Positions 35,519-44,233 of a stretch of DNA of 64,000 nucleotides are shown one piece after another. Positions within the stretch are counted from its first letter, which is position 1. Each line of letters opens with the position of its first letter. The position numbers were made by a program, and so were the translations under genes. Origin of the DNA: a virus (Duplodnaviria > Caudoviricetes); IMG/VR virus record IMGVR_UViG_2806310659_000001, positions 13,142 through 77,141 of that record; one strand, 5' to 3'. The notes below the pieces were generated by a model, which saw only the letters and a program-made list of their open reading frames with translations, did no database searches and was not told the origin of the DNA.

Positions 35519-36296
35519 TGGAACCGGGCTGAGAATACACCCGTCCACAGTGACCTTTACCGGATTATTGGTTCCCGGCTTTTCCACGTCATTCCTGAAC
35601 GTAGTCACCACGCCCGGTCGGTTACGCCGACCACTCGTTACACCGAAAGCTACTCCGCGACGTTTGTTTCACACTGGATTCGCGGGTCCAGCGCTGCACT
35701 ACTTGTCTACGAACCACCGTCGCCTTGCGGGCTCGTGATGGCCCTGGTTCCGTAACGGCCAGGGATTAGAGGCGCTTTTGCTCCTCGGCGGGGGAAGAAC
35801 TTTGGCTTGTTTCTGTTCTCAAAACAGGAAATGGTGAAATATAAGCAATTTCGTTCTAACTAGAGACGTGCTTCCCCATGAAGGTCCGCACCCTTTTGAG
35901 GTACAGAATGCTTCACGCCTCTCGTGCTTCAGGCTGGCGACCTGTTTCGCACTCTACTCAGCCGTTCCCGAGCCGTCGCCCGTTACTAAGCGTTTTCATG
36001 GAACCCGCCCTTGCCCGCCAAGGCTTGGACTGAGACCCCCTCCGCACCACAAGGAGCTTGACCGATAGCCGTTTCTTCCCGCACGTACGGGTTGGTGGTC
36101 CCACTGGTTCACAGCCCTGGACCCTGGCGTATCTCGCCCCCTGGCAGCCCCCGAAGGAACTGCTCAAGGATTGGATTGCATGGGGTACCCTCTCGGGCGG
36201 CAAGGTTGTCAGCCTCGCCTTTCAGCATCTTGCGATGCCTTATCCGCCATGCCGGAAATGTGCCCGTTCAGTCGGTGGGCTAACCGATGCAATCCT
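35519..36296 (-). ncRNA. large structured non-coding RNA, GOLLD-like
   Basis: ~780 nt with no credible ORF; many stems closed by GNRA/UUCG loops on the minus strand; long-range helix GGATTGCAT/ATGCAATCC; upstream -10; adjacent to a tRNA-like gene. Confidence 0.7.
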
Positions 36297-36297
36297 C

Positions 36298-36330
36298 ACT
36301 ATATGAACCGAAATCCTCGAATAGTGAACA
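36298..36330 (-). promoter_or_regulatory. putative promoter of the ncRNA block
   Basis: -10 TATAGT at 36303-36298; weak -35 TTCACT with 19-nt spacer. Confidence 0.45.
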
Positions 36331-36492
36331 TTGCATACGTTTACAGCTCGTTTGAGGCCTGTCCCTGCCTCACCCCGTGAGCCACGCGGGGGCCGTCCGT
36401 TCTGGACACCCTTCAGGACAATCAGGTGCTCTCTCGGTCACGGCAACCGCCACGTTTTCTCTGCGCAACGGCGAAACGTGGAAACCGGGTCT

Positions 36493-36861
36493 TTAGGTCT
36501 GCATCAGTTCGGTGAGCGATTCCCGCTCGCGCCTGACGCGCTCATACTCTTGCTCAACATCCCTCGGCAGTGTTGGCCCCTGCGCGATGACGGGACGGCC
36601 CGACCAGACGAGGTTGTCTTTGTGGGGGTCCTTGCCGGCGCGGAACTTGACACGGTATCCGCGGCACATGGGATGGCCGTAGTAGGCGCGGGCCACAAGG
36701 TCGTGGACCATGCAGGTGGATTTACCGATGTCGACCTGGAGTGAGCCATTGGCAGCACGGCGCAGTTTCTTGAACCGGCGCCGGCGCTCGTCCCATATCC
36801 GGCCGTCTGGCGTTGCCCGGTAGCCGGCATAGCCGGGGATGGCGGCTAACTGCTCATCCAT
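36493..36861 (-). CDS. NUMOD4/HNH-like protein (degenerate)
   Basis: IPGYAGYRATPDGRI..VHDLVARAYYG..DNLVW. Confidence 0.65.
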   Translation of the reverse strand: MDEQLAAIPGYAGYRATPDGRIWDERRRRFKKLRRAANGSLQVDIGKSTCMVHDLVARAYYGHPMCRGYRVKFRAGKDPHKDNLVWSGRPVIAQGPTLPRDVEQEYERVRRERESLTELMQT

Positions 36862-36923
36862 ATTCGATTTTGGGTAGCAAGTCTCTACCTTCTAGTTAAG
36901 CATGCTTGAGCATTCTCACGGTT

Positions 36924-37124
36924 TCACTCGGAGTCGCCTATCGGCACCACCGCCGGGTAGCTCGTGTCCTCGTCCACATACCACTCGCCGGCGTCATAGT
37001 CGGCGTGGGCAAAGTCGTTCTGCGGCGCCTCCTCCAATGCCTGGAATATGGCGTCGTCCTCGGAATCGGCCTCAACCTCGACGACAGTTGAACCGACGAA
37101 CTGGATACATACGCGGTACTTCAT
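36924..37124 (-). CDS. small acidic protein
   Basis: VEVEADSEDDA motif; RBS present. Confidence 0.6.
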   Translation of the reverse strand: MKYRVCIQFVGSTVVEVEADSEDDAIFQALEEAPQNDFAHADYDAGEWYVDEDTSYPAVVPIGDSE

Positions 37125-37530
37125 TCGCGACCCTTTTCAGTAACGGGACCATGGAACCTCAAACGGTTCCGTGTCCACCCCTTTGGACGCCCACACGAAC
37201 ACCTGCGTCCGATATAGCCAGCCGGTGTGAACCTCAATGCGCCCCCAGTCGGTTAGCACCGCGGCAACGCGCGTTGGCTCGCGTAACCCTTGCCAGGCCT
37301 TGCGGGTGACCGTGAACCGCTCCTCGTGCCAGCCGTCCTTGTCGGACCATCTGATTACAAAAACGTAATCGGTGGGCCAGTCGGCGGGCATACCAGGGAC
37401 TTTGACCTCGACCTGCCTCACCTCAACTTGGCGAATCGGTGGCCTTTTCACCACGATTTCCGATAGGTCGGCGTCATCCGGCAGGAAACAGGGCTCCATC
37501 TGCTCATACAAATTACAGCGCCACACAGTC

Positions 37531-37863
37531 CTACCTCCCCGCCCGATAGGCCAGGACATCGCCCAGCCGGAATAGCGTCCTGCCGTCTTGCTTGTGCTTT
37601 GGGATCAAATCCGGATGCCGGCGTGCCCAGTCGTGAACATTCCAGGGCTGGAGTCCGAACTCTTCGGCGATCTCTTTCGCCGACATCAGTCGGTTTACGT
37701 CAACCGGCGTTTCCGAACAGACCCAGCCCTGGCCCCAGTCCCGCATGTTGTCGTCGACAATCCCGCAGACCGAGGCATCGCACAGCATCAGGTTCTCGCG
37801 GTAGAAGTCAATGATTCGACGTAGGCGGTCCTGGGCGCTGTCCTGCGGCCAGGGCCAAGTCAA
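37531..37863 (-). CDS. HTH DNA-binding protein
   Basis: LMSAKEIAEEFGLQPWNVHDWARR..LFRLGDV (MerR/HTH_17-like). Confidence 0.7.
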   Translation of the reverse strand: MTWPWPQDSAQDRLRRIIDFYRENLMLCDASVCGIVDDNMRDWGQGWVCSETPVDVNRLMSAKEIAEEFGLQPWNVHDWARRHPDLIPKHKQDGRTLFRLGDVLAYRAGR

Positions 37864-38118
37864 GCCGCCAACACCCGCTGAAACAGCTCGATTACCTCAT
37901 CCTCGGTGCGGTTGGGCTCACGCTCCCATTCCAGGACGGGCTCACCCAGCTCGTCGGACAGGACGTTGAGGGCCTCGATATAGCCGTCGAACGCCTCCAG
38001 ATTGGTCCATGCCAGCGTGGTCTCAGTGAGGGAGTCGTGGATGCACCACCCCACAGCGTAGGGGTCGACGATCCACGGCGGGCTCCAGCCGTCCTCCAGA
38101 AGGAGCTGGAGCGCCAAC

Positions 38119-38814
38119 CTAACCGATCTCATCGACGAATCCGATCTCCAGCGCCTCCGTGGCGCTCAGCCACCAATCCTTACGGGTCCAGCGCGTCCGG
38201 AACTCGTCGGCGGTGATCCTGCCGCCCGAGCGGGCCACGAAGATGTCGGCCACGCCGGCGCGGACCATCTGAATCCACTCCAGAGTGTCCTCGATCTCCC
38301 CTACCTTGCCGCGGGCGCCAGAGGCCGGCTCGTGCACGAGAAGATGGGCATGGCGGCCGATCACGCGCCAATCGGCGGCCTGGAGCAGGATCGCGGCCAT
38401 GCTGGCGGCGTAACCCCGAACCGTCATGGTAACGAAGTGGCTACCACCGCCGCGGGTCGAGTAGTTGTGGATCTCGTCGAACAAGTGCATCCCCTCCACC
38501 GTCGAACCGCCCGGGGAGTTGATGGTGATGTTCATCGGGCAGAACGGGTGCAGGCGGTCCCAAGCCTGGAGAGTGGTCAGGGCCTGGTAGACGTTGTCGA
38601 TCCTCACCTCCCCGTAGAAGAGGTGATGGAATTGCAGGTAGTCCTGCGTCGTGGCCAGATCCTCGGCGCGGCGACGCTCCGCCAAATAGATCTCCCGGAT
38701 ATCGGCGTCAGCCCTCTTCTCGCGGAGCTGCTCCCGGTAGAGGTCGGCCTCGGCCTCCAGATTGGCGATCAGCGCGGCCTCGTGGGCGGGGCTGACGGCG
38801 AGCTTGTCGTTCAC
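38119..38814 (-). CDS. ClpP-like protease
   Basis: ITINSPGG, GYAASMAAILLQA, LLVHEP, DWWLSATEALEIGFVDEI. Confidence 0.9.
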   Translation of the reverse strand: MNDKLAVSPAHEAALIANLEAEADLYREQLREKRADADIREIYLAERRRAEDLATTQDYLQFHHLFYGEVRIDNVYQALTTLQAWDRLHPFCPMNITINSPGGSTVEGMHLFDEIHNYSTRGGGSHFVTMTVRGYAASMAAILLQAADWRVIGRHAHLLVHEPASGARGKVGEIEDTLEWIQMVRAGVADIFVARSGGRITADEFRTRWTRKDWWLSATEALEIGFVDEIG

Positions 38815-39040
38815 TGGTCTCCTAGCAGTTCGAGAATCTTGTTCGCGAGTTCACGGGCGTCCTCGTCGAGAAGCGTGAACAACGCCTCGTCACCGGCGGG
38901 GCCGGCCTGGCGGATACGGGTCACGACAACGTCCGAGTTGAGCAATTCGACATATGGACTACCGCCGGGGAAAAACGCCCTTGCATCGACGTGCTCGACC
39001 GTGCAGCGGCCGAAGTCGTAGCGAGTGCTCGTGGTGGCGC

Positions 39041-39754
39041 TCATGCTGCACTCTCCTGAAGGGCGGTTACATCTGCGAGGGTCAGACCGGTTTCGTATTT
39101 CCATTGGCGGTACTCGCGCAACTCCGCCGCCATCTTTCGTCGGTCCATCGTTACATGACACTTCCTACACATCGGCATGTAGAACTCGGGATAGAGCGAA
39201 TACCGCATTAGTGAGCCAGAGCCCGACCCCTTACCAGGCCCCAATATCTCGGCCGGATCAGTCCCGTCATAAGCCCAGTCCTTAGCGTTTTCCCCGCACT
39301 CAATGCACCGGTAGCGGCTTGCAGGTCCCCATAATGTCCGAACCCTGACGTGCGCGGCGGTGAAGTCGCAAGGACTGGCCAGCGTATTGCGAATGGGCGC
39401 GTCAACGGAAAGCGACGTATCTCCGCGTGCGCGAGACCAATGCAATCGGCAATATCCGTGCGCCTTATGCTTTCGATCGCACCCCTCGATCCGGCATCCG
39501 CGATCAGGATCAAAGATCCTAAGCGGGCCGTCGATATCACACCCCTGGCGGAAGCGTTCGTAGTGGCCACGGCAGTAGCCCCTGACCGTGGACAGGCGGT
39601 CACACCCCTTGGCTGTGCACAGCTCGGGATAGTCGGGAACGCGATGTCGCTGGTTCATATCAGCTCCGCGGCGCGCCCGCTGGTAATGAGCACTGCAATA
39701 GCCGAGCGATCGGACCTTGCGGTCGCACCAGTCCACTTTACAGATACTTGTCAC
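39041..39754 (-). CDS. HNH-type endonuclease with three Cys/His repeats
   Basis: Three CxxxxCDRxxxxxGYCxxH repeats; AHVRV..WGPAS..CIECG..WAYD..PMCRKCH. Confidence 0.75.
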   Translation of the reverse strand: MTSICKVDWCDRKVRSLGYCSAHYQRARRGADMNQRHRVPDYPELCTAKGCDRLSTVRGYCRGHYERFRQGCDIDGPLRIFDPDRGCRIEGCDRKHKAHGYCRLHWSRARGDTSLSVDAPIRNTLASPCDFTAAHVRVRTLWGPASRYRCIECGENAKDWAYDGTDPAEILGPGKGSGSGSLMRYSLYPEFYMPMCRKCHVTMDRRKMAAELREYRQWKYETGLTLADVTALQESAA

Positions 39755-41073
39755 GCGACCGATTCCATGTCCAGCTCGCCCCTGTCGAGCAGCTTCGTTT
39801 CGTGTTCGAGGAATACTTGTGACTTGGCCTTTAGCAAGACCGGAACCAGGCCCTCCTGACGAATTACCACTCCCTCGTCGACCGTCTTGGGGTCGGATAG
39901 GGGAAGCACATCAGGATTGACCTCACCGTACAACTCGGCATAACTCCGGTCCATGAACGAGTCGACAATGTCGTCCGTGGTGTCACCGGTGGTGTCGTAT
40001 TCCGGATCGAAGTCATGGATGAAACGGAACAATTCCGGTGTCCACTTCAGCCCGCGCTCCTGGCAAAACTGCTTAACGCCATCCCACGAGAGGTCGCTTA
40101 GGTGACCCTGTCGGTTGATGTGAGCGACGCGATAAACGTATAGTTCCGCTTCGTTCCGAGCCAAGTGATACGTGTAACCCCTTTGAAGAGGAGCACCGTC
40201 AGGCGTCCAGCCGATAAGCTCGCCATAGACAATGAATCCTTCCGGGATTAGGTTGGCAACCCTCTTGCCGTATTCGGTCCAGAGGTCGAATTTGTAGAAA
40301 TGCTCCTGGTTCGGGTTGTTCGGGTCCTTGATAACCTTTCGTGAGCCGAAAACCACGTCGTACTCCCACTCGGGGATGTTCACGCCGAGGCGCTTGAGCA
40401 GCTTCTCATACCACTTCAACTGGCGAAGGACCGGAACCCTCCCGCCACGCCAGGATGTCCCGTGGAGCTTCTGCGTGATGACCACTTCCCGGCCGGCGCG
40501 CAAGACGTGCCTGGAACGGAAGTAACTGTCAGTTTCGAGGTGCTCGGGAAAGACTTTCTTGTCCACGCGCTTAAACGCCCGCTCCACCTTCGACCTGGCG
40601 GGCTGGCCGGCCTTGCGGGGCAGCTCGTACTTCTTGCAGATCTCGTGGTCGCCGATCTTGTCGAACAGCACCACCGGGTGGCTTACGTCGGCCAGCTCGG
40701 CACGCAGCTTGTCGATGTCCAGGCCGGTGTAGGCCAGGGACTCCAGCGGCATGAGGAGTGCGTTGGAGCGGTGCCCGCGGAGTTTCAGCGCCTTGATGCG
40801 GCGGTTGTCCTCCAGGTAACCCGTCTCGCCCTCGTCCTTGTTCAGGTCGGCATGGCGGAACAGGTTGTTCTGGTGGGCGTAGTCGTCGCTCAGTTGCGTT
40901 TCCGCGGTGAACAGCACGCGGAGTTCCCCGGCCTCAATCCCCCGCTGTGTGAGGGCCTGGTGACCGAGAATGGGGATGCCGACAAGGTTGTCCAGCCCGG
41001 GCAGGTCCACCGGGGCGGGAACACGGACGATGGTGGCCGCGTAGTTGACGTTGGCCGGCTGGTCGAATTTCAT
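39751..41073 (-). CDS. RNA ligase (DRB0094/Rnl2-like)
   Basis: Motif I TQKLHGT, VYGELIG, EGVVIR, LKAKS. Confidence 0.85.
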   Translation of the reverse strand: MKFDQPANVNYAATIVRVPAPVDLPGLDNLVGIPILGHQALTQRGIEAGELRVLFTAETQLSDDYAHQNNLFRHADLNKDEGETGYLEDNRRIKALKLRGHRSNALLMPLESLAYTGLDIDKLRAELADVSHPVVLFDKIGDHEICKKYELPRKAGQPARSKVERAFKRVDKKVFPEHLETDSYFRSRHVLRAGREVVITQKLHGTSWRGGRVPVLRQLKWYEKLLKRLGVNIPEWEYDVVFGSRKVIKDPNNPNQEHFYKFDLWTEYGKRVANLIPEGFIVYGELIGWTPDGAPLQRGYTYHLARNEAELYVYRVAHINRQGHLSDLSWDGVKQFCQERGLKWTPELFRFIHDFDPEYDTTGDTTDDIVDSFMDRSYAELYGEVNPDVLPLSDPKTVDEGVVIRQEGLVPVLLKAKSQVFLEHETKLLDRGELDMESVA

Positions 41074-41555
41074 CAGTGCTCCCGTGCGCGTATTTCCTGT
41101 TCCGTACCAACGAGCACATCCACCAAGAGGCGGTGACTCAGCACGGAAGCGTCATAGTCGATCAACCAGCGCAGTTTCACGCCGTTTACATCCAAGTAGC
41201 CACCGCCAAGGACCGGACTACCCTTGAGGACCCGGCCGGCGCGAGCCACGATCAGTTCTGCGTCGCCAACACTCTCGCGAAACCCATCGGCCACAGATCG
41301 GACGGCCGGGACGAGCCAGGTCCGCGCGAACGTCAGCGGGCGCATCTCCAGGGACTCATCGTCGAGGTGCATAACGGAATAGAGCTGGTACTCCAACCTG
41401 ACTAATCCCGCGCCGACATAGACCAGGTCGCCCGGGCAGGAGCCCCTATCCGAGCGCGAATCGAGAATTCTGTCGCCGATGGGAAATAGCCACTCCGCAG
41501 TCCCTGCGAGGCATTCGTTTGCGGTATCGCTCACCAGGCCGAAAATGTCAAACAT
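41073..41555 (-). CDS. hypothetical protein
   Basis: 160 aa, overlap-coupled. Confidence 0.5.
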   Translation of the reverse strand: MFDIFGLVSDTANECLAGTAEWLFPIGDRILDSRSDRGSCPGDLVYVGAGLVRLEYQLYSVMHLDDESLEMRPLTFARTWLVPAVRSVADGFRESVGDAELIVARAGRVLKGSPVLGGGYLDVNGVKLRWLIDYDASVLSHRLLVDVLVGTEQEIRAREH

Positions 41556-41833
41556 TACTCGTCGATCAATCCTTCAATTTGACGCTTCAGGTAGCGCAAG
41601 TCGAGTTCGGACATCGCGTACAACCGCCCGCGGCCATCAGTGATGAGCATGAGCGCGTACTCCGCGATCCCCTCCTCGCCGTCCTCCACCTTGTACTGCG
41701 CTCCAGAGACGACGCCGACATAGTCGGGGTTGTGGATGGGGCTCATTCGATGGTGGCCTGGATCGCCGCGGCCAGACCGGCGGTGTCGTCGTACTCGTAG
41801 TCGTCATCGAACAGGTCGTAAGTCATAAGTTCT

Positions 41834-42199
41834 CTAGTCCCAGATTGTGTTGAGGTTTTCCCGCAGCAAGTCCCACGCAATGTCGGGAATCTGCAAGTCG
41901 TCGTACTCGTCGCGCGTGGAGAATCCGTCGTGGATCTCCAGCAGAATGTCCAGCCACTCCTCGCGGGTCATCCTCACGGGCCAGCCGTGGTTGTGGACGA
42001 AATGCCAGTAGGCGGTGCCGGCGATCACATCGGCGAGATAGTCCCCGCCATTCCACATGTCGAATTGCGAATAGCCACGCGCGGCCCGTTCGATCCAGTG
42101 GCGTAGTGCCCGTACCGGGATGCGGAACCACTCCTGCCACCACTTGCGGGTGAATGGTCGGTAGTGGTTGGAGTAGATCCACCCATCGGCGCCGGTCAT
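41834..42199 (-). CDS. hypothetical protein
   Basis: RAARGYSQFDMWN..AWDLL..IWD phage pattern. Confidence 0.65.
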   Translation of the reverse strand: MTGADGWIYSNHYRPFTRKWWQEWFRIPVRALRHWIERAARGYSQFDMWNGGDYLADVIAGTAYWHFVHNHGWPVRMTREEWLDILLEIHDGFSTRDEYDDLQIPDIAWDLLRENLNTIWD

Positions 42200-42349
42200 T
42201 CTTCTTCGGGGTCGCGGACCTCCAGTGCCCCGTTCACGATGGACACCTCGGCATCCCAGTTGAGGCCACCAAGCTCGCCGTATAGATCGTCAACCGTGTC
42301 GCCCGGCTCCAACTCGATGCGGGCGAACCTCTTACTAGCAACCTTCATG

Positions 42350-42583
42350 TCAGACCCCCAGCAGCGACTTGATGTTGCCGGCGACGGTGGTGGCCAGTTC
42401 GTGCTCGGCCTTGTGCTCGTCGCTCTGAGCCGAGTAGGCAGTGGCGAGAACCAGCTTGCGGTCGGCCTGCTGCAACTGCTCCTCTGCGTGGCGCTCCAGC
42501 TCGGCGACGGTGTCGTGCAGCTTGGCGGTGATCGTCTCAACGCTCTTGGGTGCGGGCGCGGGAACGCGCTTGGACTTGCGCAT
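42350..42583 (-). CDS. small coiled-coil protein
   Basis: AGGAG RBS; helical. Confidence 0.6.
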   Translation of the reverse strand: MRKSKRVPAPAPKSVETITAKLHDTVAELERHAEEQLQQADRKLVLATAYSAQSDEHKAEHELATTVAGNIKSLLGV

Positions 42584-42595
42584 GTGTATCTCCTG

Positions 42596-42964
42596 TTACT
42601 TCGCTTGATCGGACCCGACAAGCACGAGTGATCCCCGCCTGTCGAGTTGGGTACGGAGGTAATCCATTGCCTCCGGTAAGACGACCGGGTAAACGTCATT
42701 CCGGCCCTGTTTGAGTGCGAGCGTGGCCGCCAAACTCTCCGTCTTCTTGTTGAGGGCGGATTTGGTCACCACGTAGTCGGCGTCGTCTGGCAAGTTGAGC
42801 CGGCCGACCGCTCCGGACTGGCGGGATTCGTTGATGTCGACCCGCGGCGGCTTACTGCAATCGGTGATCTCGATGACGTGGTACTGGTAGCCCTCGAATG
42901 CCTTGCGGATGGCGGAGCGGATTGTGTCGTCGGTCGAATAGAGGGTGACCTTCTGTTTGATCAC
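42596..42964 (-). CDS. hypothetical protein
   Basis: GTGA overlap; 122 aa. Confidence 0.55.
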   Translation of the reverse strand: MIKQKVTLYSTDDTIRSAIRKAFEGYQYHVIEITDCSKPPRVDINESRQSGAVGRLNLPDDADYVVTKSALNKKTESLAATLALKQGRNDVYPVVLPEAMDYLRTQLDRRGSLVLVGSDQAK

Positions 42965-43617
42965 GACTGGCGGGGAACCCGCTTATAGGGGCCGCACCAA
43001 CCCGAGACAACCTTGTTGCGCCCGGAGCTGTAGTTGCCATCCTCCAGAAGGAGCGCATAGCCGGCGCCGCGGTCGTCTTCGAGCCAGTGCCACCGGTCAC
43101 CGTCCTCGTCGTCCCAGTCGTAGTCACGGTCAGCAGCCGTGAGCTGGTCGCGGGTTGGGGGCGGAATCTCACGGTAGGGGCCATAGCCTTCCCAGCAGCC
43201 GGTGTCTTCCCATACGTCGCCATCCGGTTCGGTCCTGACCCACCACCGGTTGGCAGCGTCCCAGTGGTACTCGTCGCCCAGGGTGTCGACCCAGTGGGCG
43301 TCGCGCTCGTTCAGGCCGAGTTCTTGGACCTCCCGCGGGCCGTCCTCCTCGTGCACGTAGTCGTGGACCTCGTCGATGACATCGGACAGGTCGTCGAATG
43401 GGACCAACTCGGCGGCGGCGCACACGAGGGACTGCGCAAAGTCGTCGTCGTCAACCGTCTCTAGCCAGACATGGTCCTCGTCGTAGATGTAAGTGACGGG
43501 GGTGGAGTAGTCGTGGCCCAACGCCATCAGGGCGTTGACCATCTTGACCAGATCGCCGATCGTCACGGCATCGCGCCATTTGGGCTTGGCGGATTCGACG
43601 GCTACTTTGTGGCTCAT
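42961..43617 (-). CDS. acidic protein with repeated W-x-D-x-x-G-D-x-W units
   Basis: WVDTLGDEYHW..GYGPY and WDDEDGDRWHW..CGPY. Confidence 0.65.
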   Translation of the reverse strand: MSHKVAVESAKPKWRDAVTIGDLVKMVNALMALGHDYSTPVTYIYDEDHVWLETVDDDDFAQSLVCAAAELVPFDDLSDVIDEVHDYVHEEDGPREVQELGLNERDAHWVDTLGDEYHWDAANRWWVRTEPDGDVWEDTGCWEGYGPYREIPPPTRDQLTAADRDYDWDDEDGDRWHWLEDDRGAGYALLLEDGNYSSGRNKVVSGWCGPYKRVPRQS

Positions 43618-44042
43618 GCGGCGGACAACCTTTCAATTTCTTTCAGGACTACATGGCCGGGGCAGTCGAATAGTTCACCTCGGCCAGGAAGGCGGTATTG
43701 GGCAAGTGCGGCATGAAGGACCGCCTCGGCTACGAAGCCCCCGGGGAGGGTGGCCGTAAAGGTGGGCTCCCCGTACTCGGTCTTGAGATCCTTCAATCGC
43801 GATTTCAGGTACTTATTGGAGTTGGAGTAGCCGACCTTTACGAGCCCATTCGGCAATCCGATTGCATAGCAGATGCCGGGGAATGAATCGAGAGGATTGA
43901 ACCGCGCGGCTCTCCGCGCCTCGACAGACATCTTGGCGACGAGTGCGAGCTTGTGCTCGTCACACAACATGAAGTTGTGGAAGAAGCTCGCTTCCCTGCC
44001 GCACGGCGGCACCTCGCGCCCCCGATAGACACAGGACTCGAT
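43614..44042 (-). CDS. GIY-YIG / T5orf172-like protein
   Basis: CYAI..VKVGYS..RL..L..EAVLH..GELF; probable ATC start at 44042 (GTG at 44012 is the alternative). Confidence 0.7.
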   Translation of the reverse strand: MESCVYRGREVPPCGREASFFHNFMLCDEHKLALVAKMSVEARRAARFNPLDSFPGICYAIGLPNGLVKVGYSNSNKYLKSRLKDLKTEYGEPTFTATLPGGFVAEAVLHAALAQYRLPGRGELFDCPGHVVLKEIERLSAA

Positions 44043-44072
44043 TTCGCGTCCCCTTCTTCACTTTAAGGCAGT

Positions 44073-44105
44073 GAAACCACCCCTCCTTCGGAGGGGGTGG
44101 TTTTC
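44073..44105. terminator. strong hairpin, possibly a bidirectional intrinsic terminator
   Basis: GAAACCACCCCTCC-TTC-GGAGGGGGTGGTTTT. Confidence 0.65.
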
Positions 44106-44233
44106 GTCTTTGCCTTTAATGGTTAGCTTCTATCCCCTGGAACGCCTGGTGAGCTGCGGAAACGTGTTCCGAACTCGTTACCTTCGCTAAGGAAAGGTTT
44201 TCCCGGGCAAATCCTGGGGGAAAAAATTGCAGA

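Noticed and set aside
35444-36380. Short ORFs over the ncRNA block (35444, 35550, 35868, 35958, 36058, 36092, 36171)
   Set aside because: No clear RBS, mostly antisense to the operon, no protein motifs; RNA structure explains the region better
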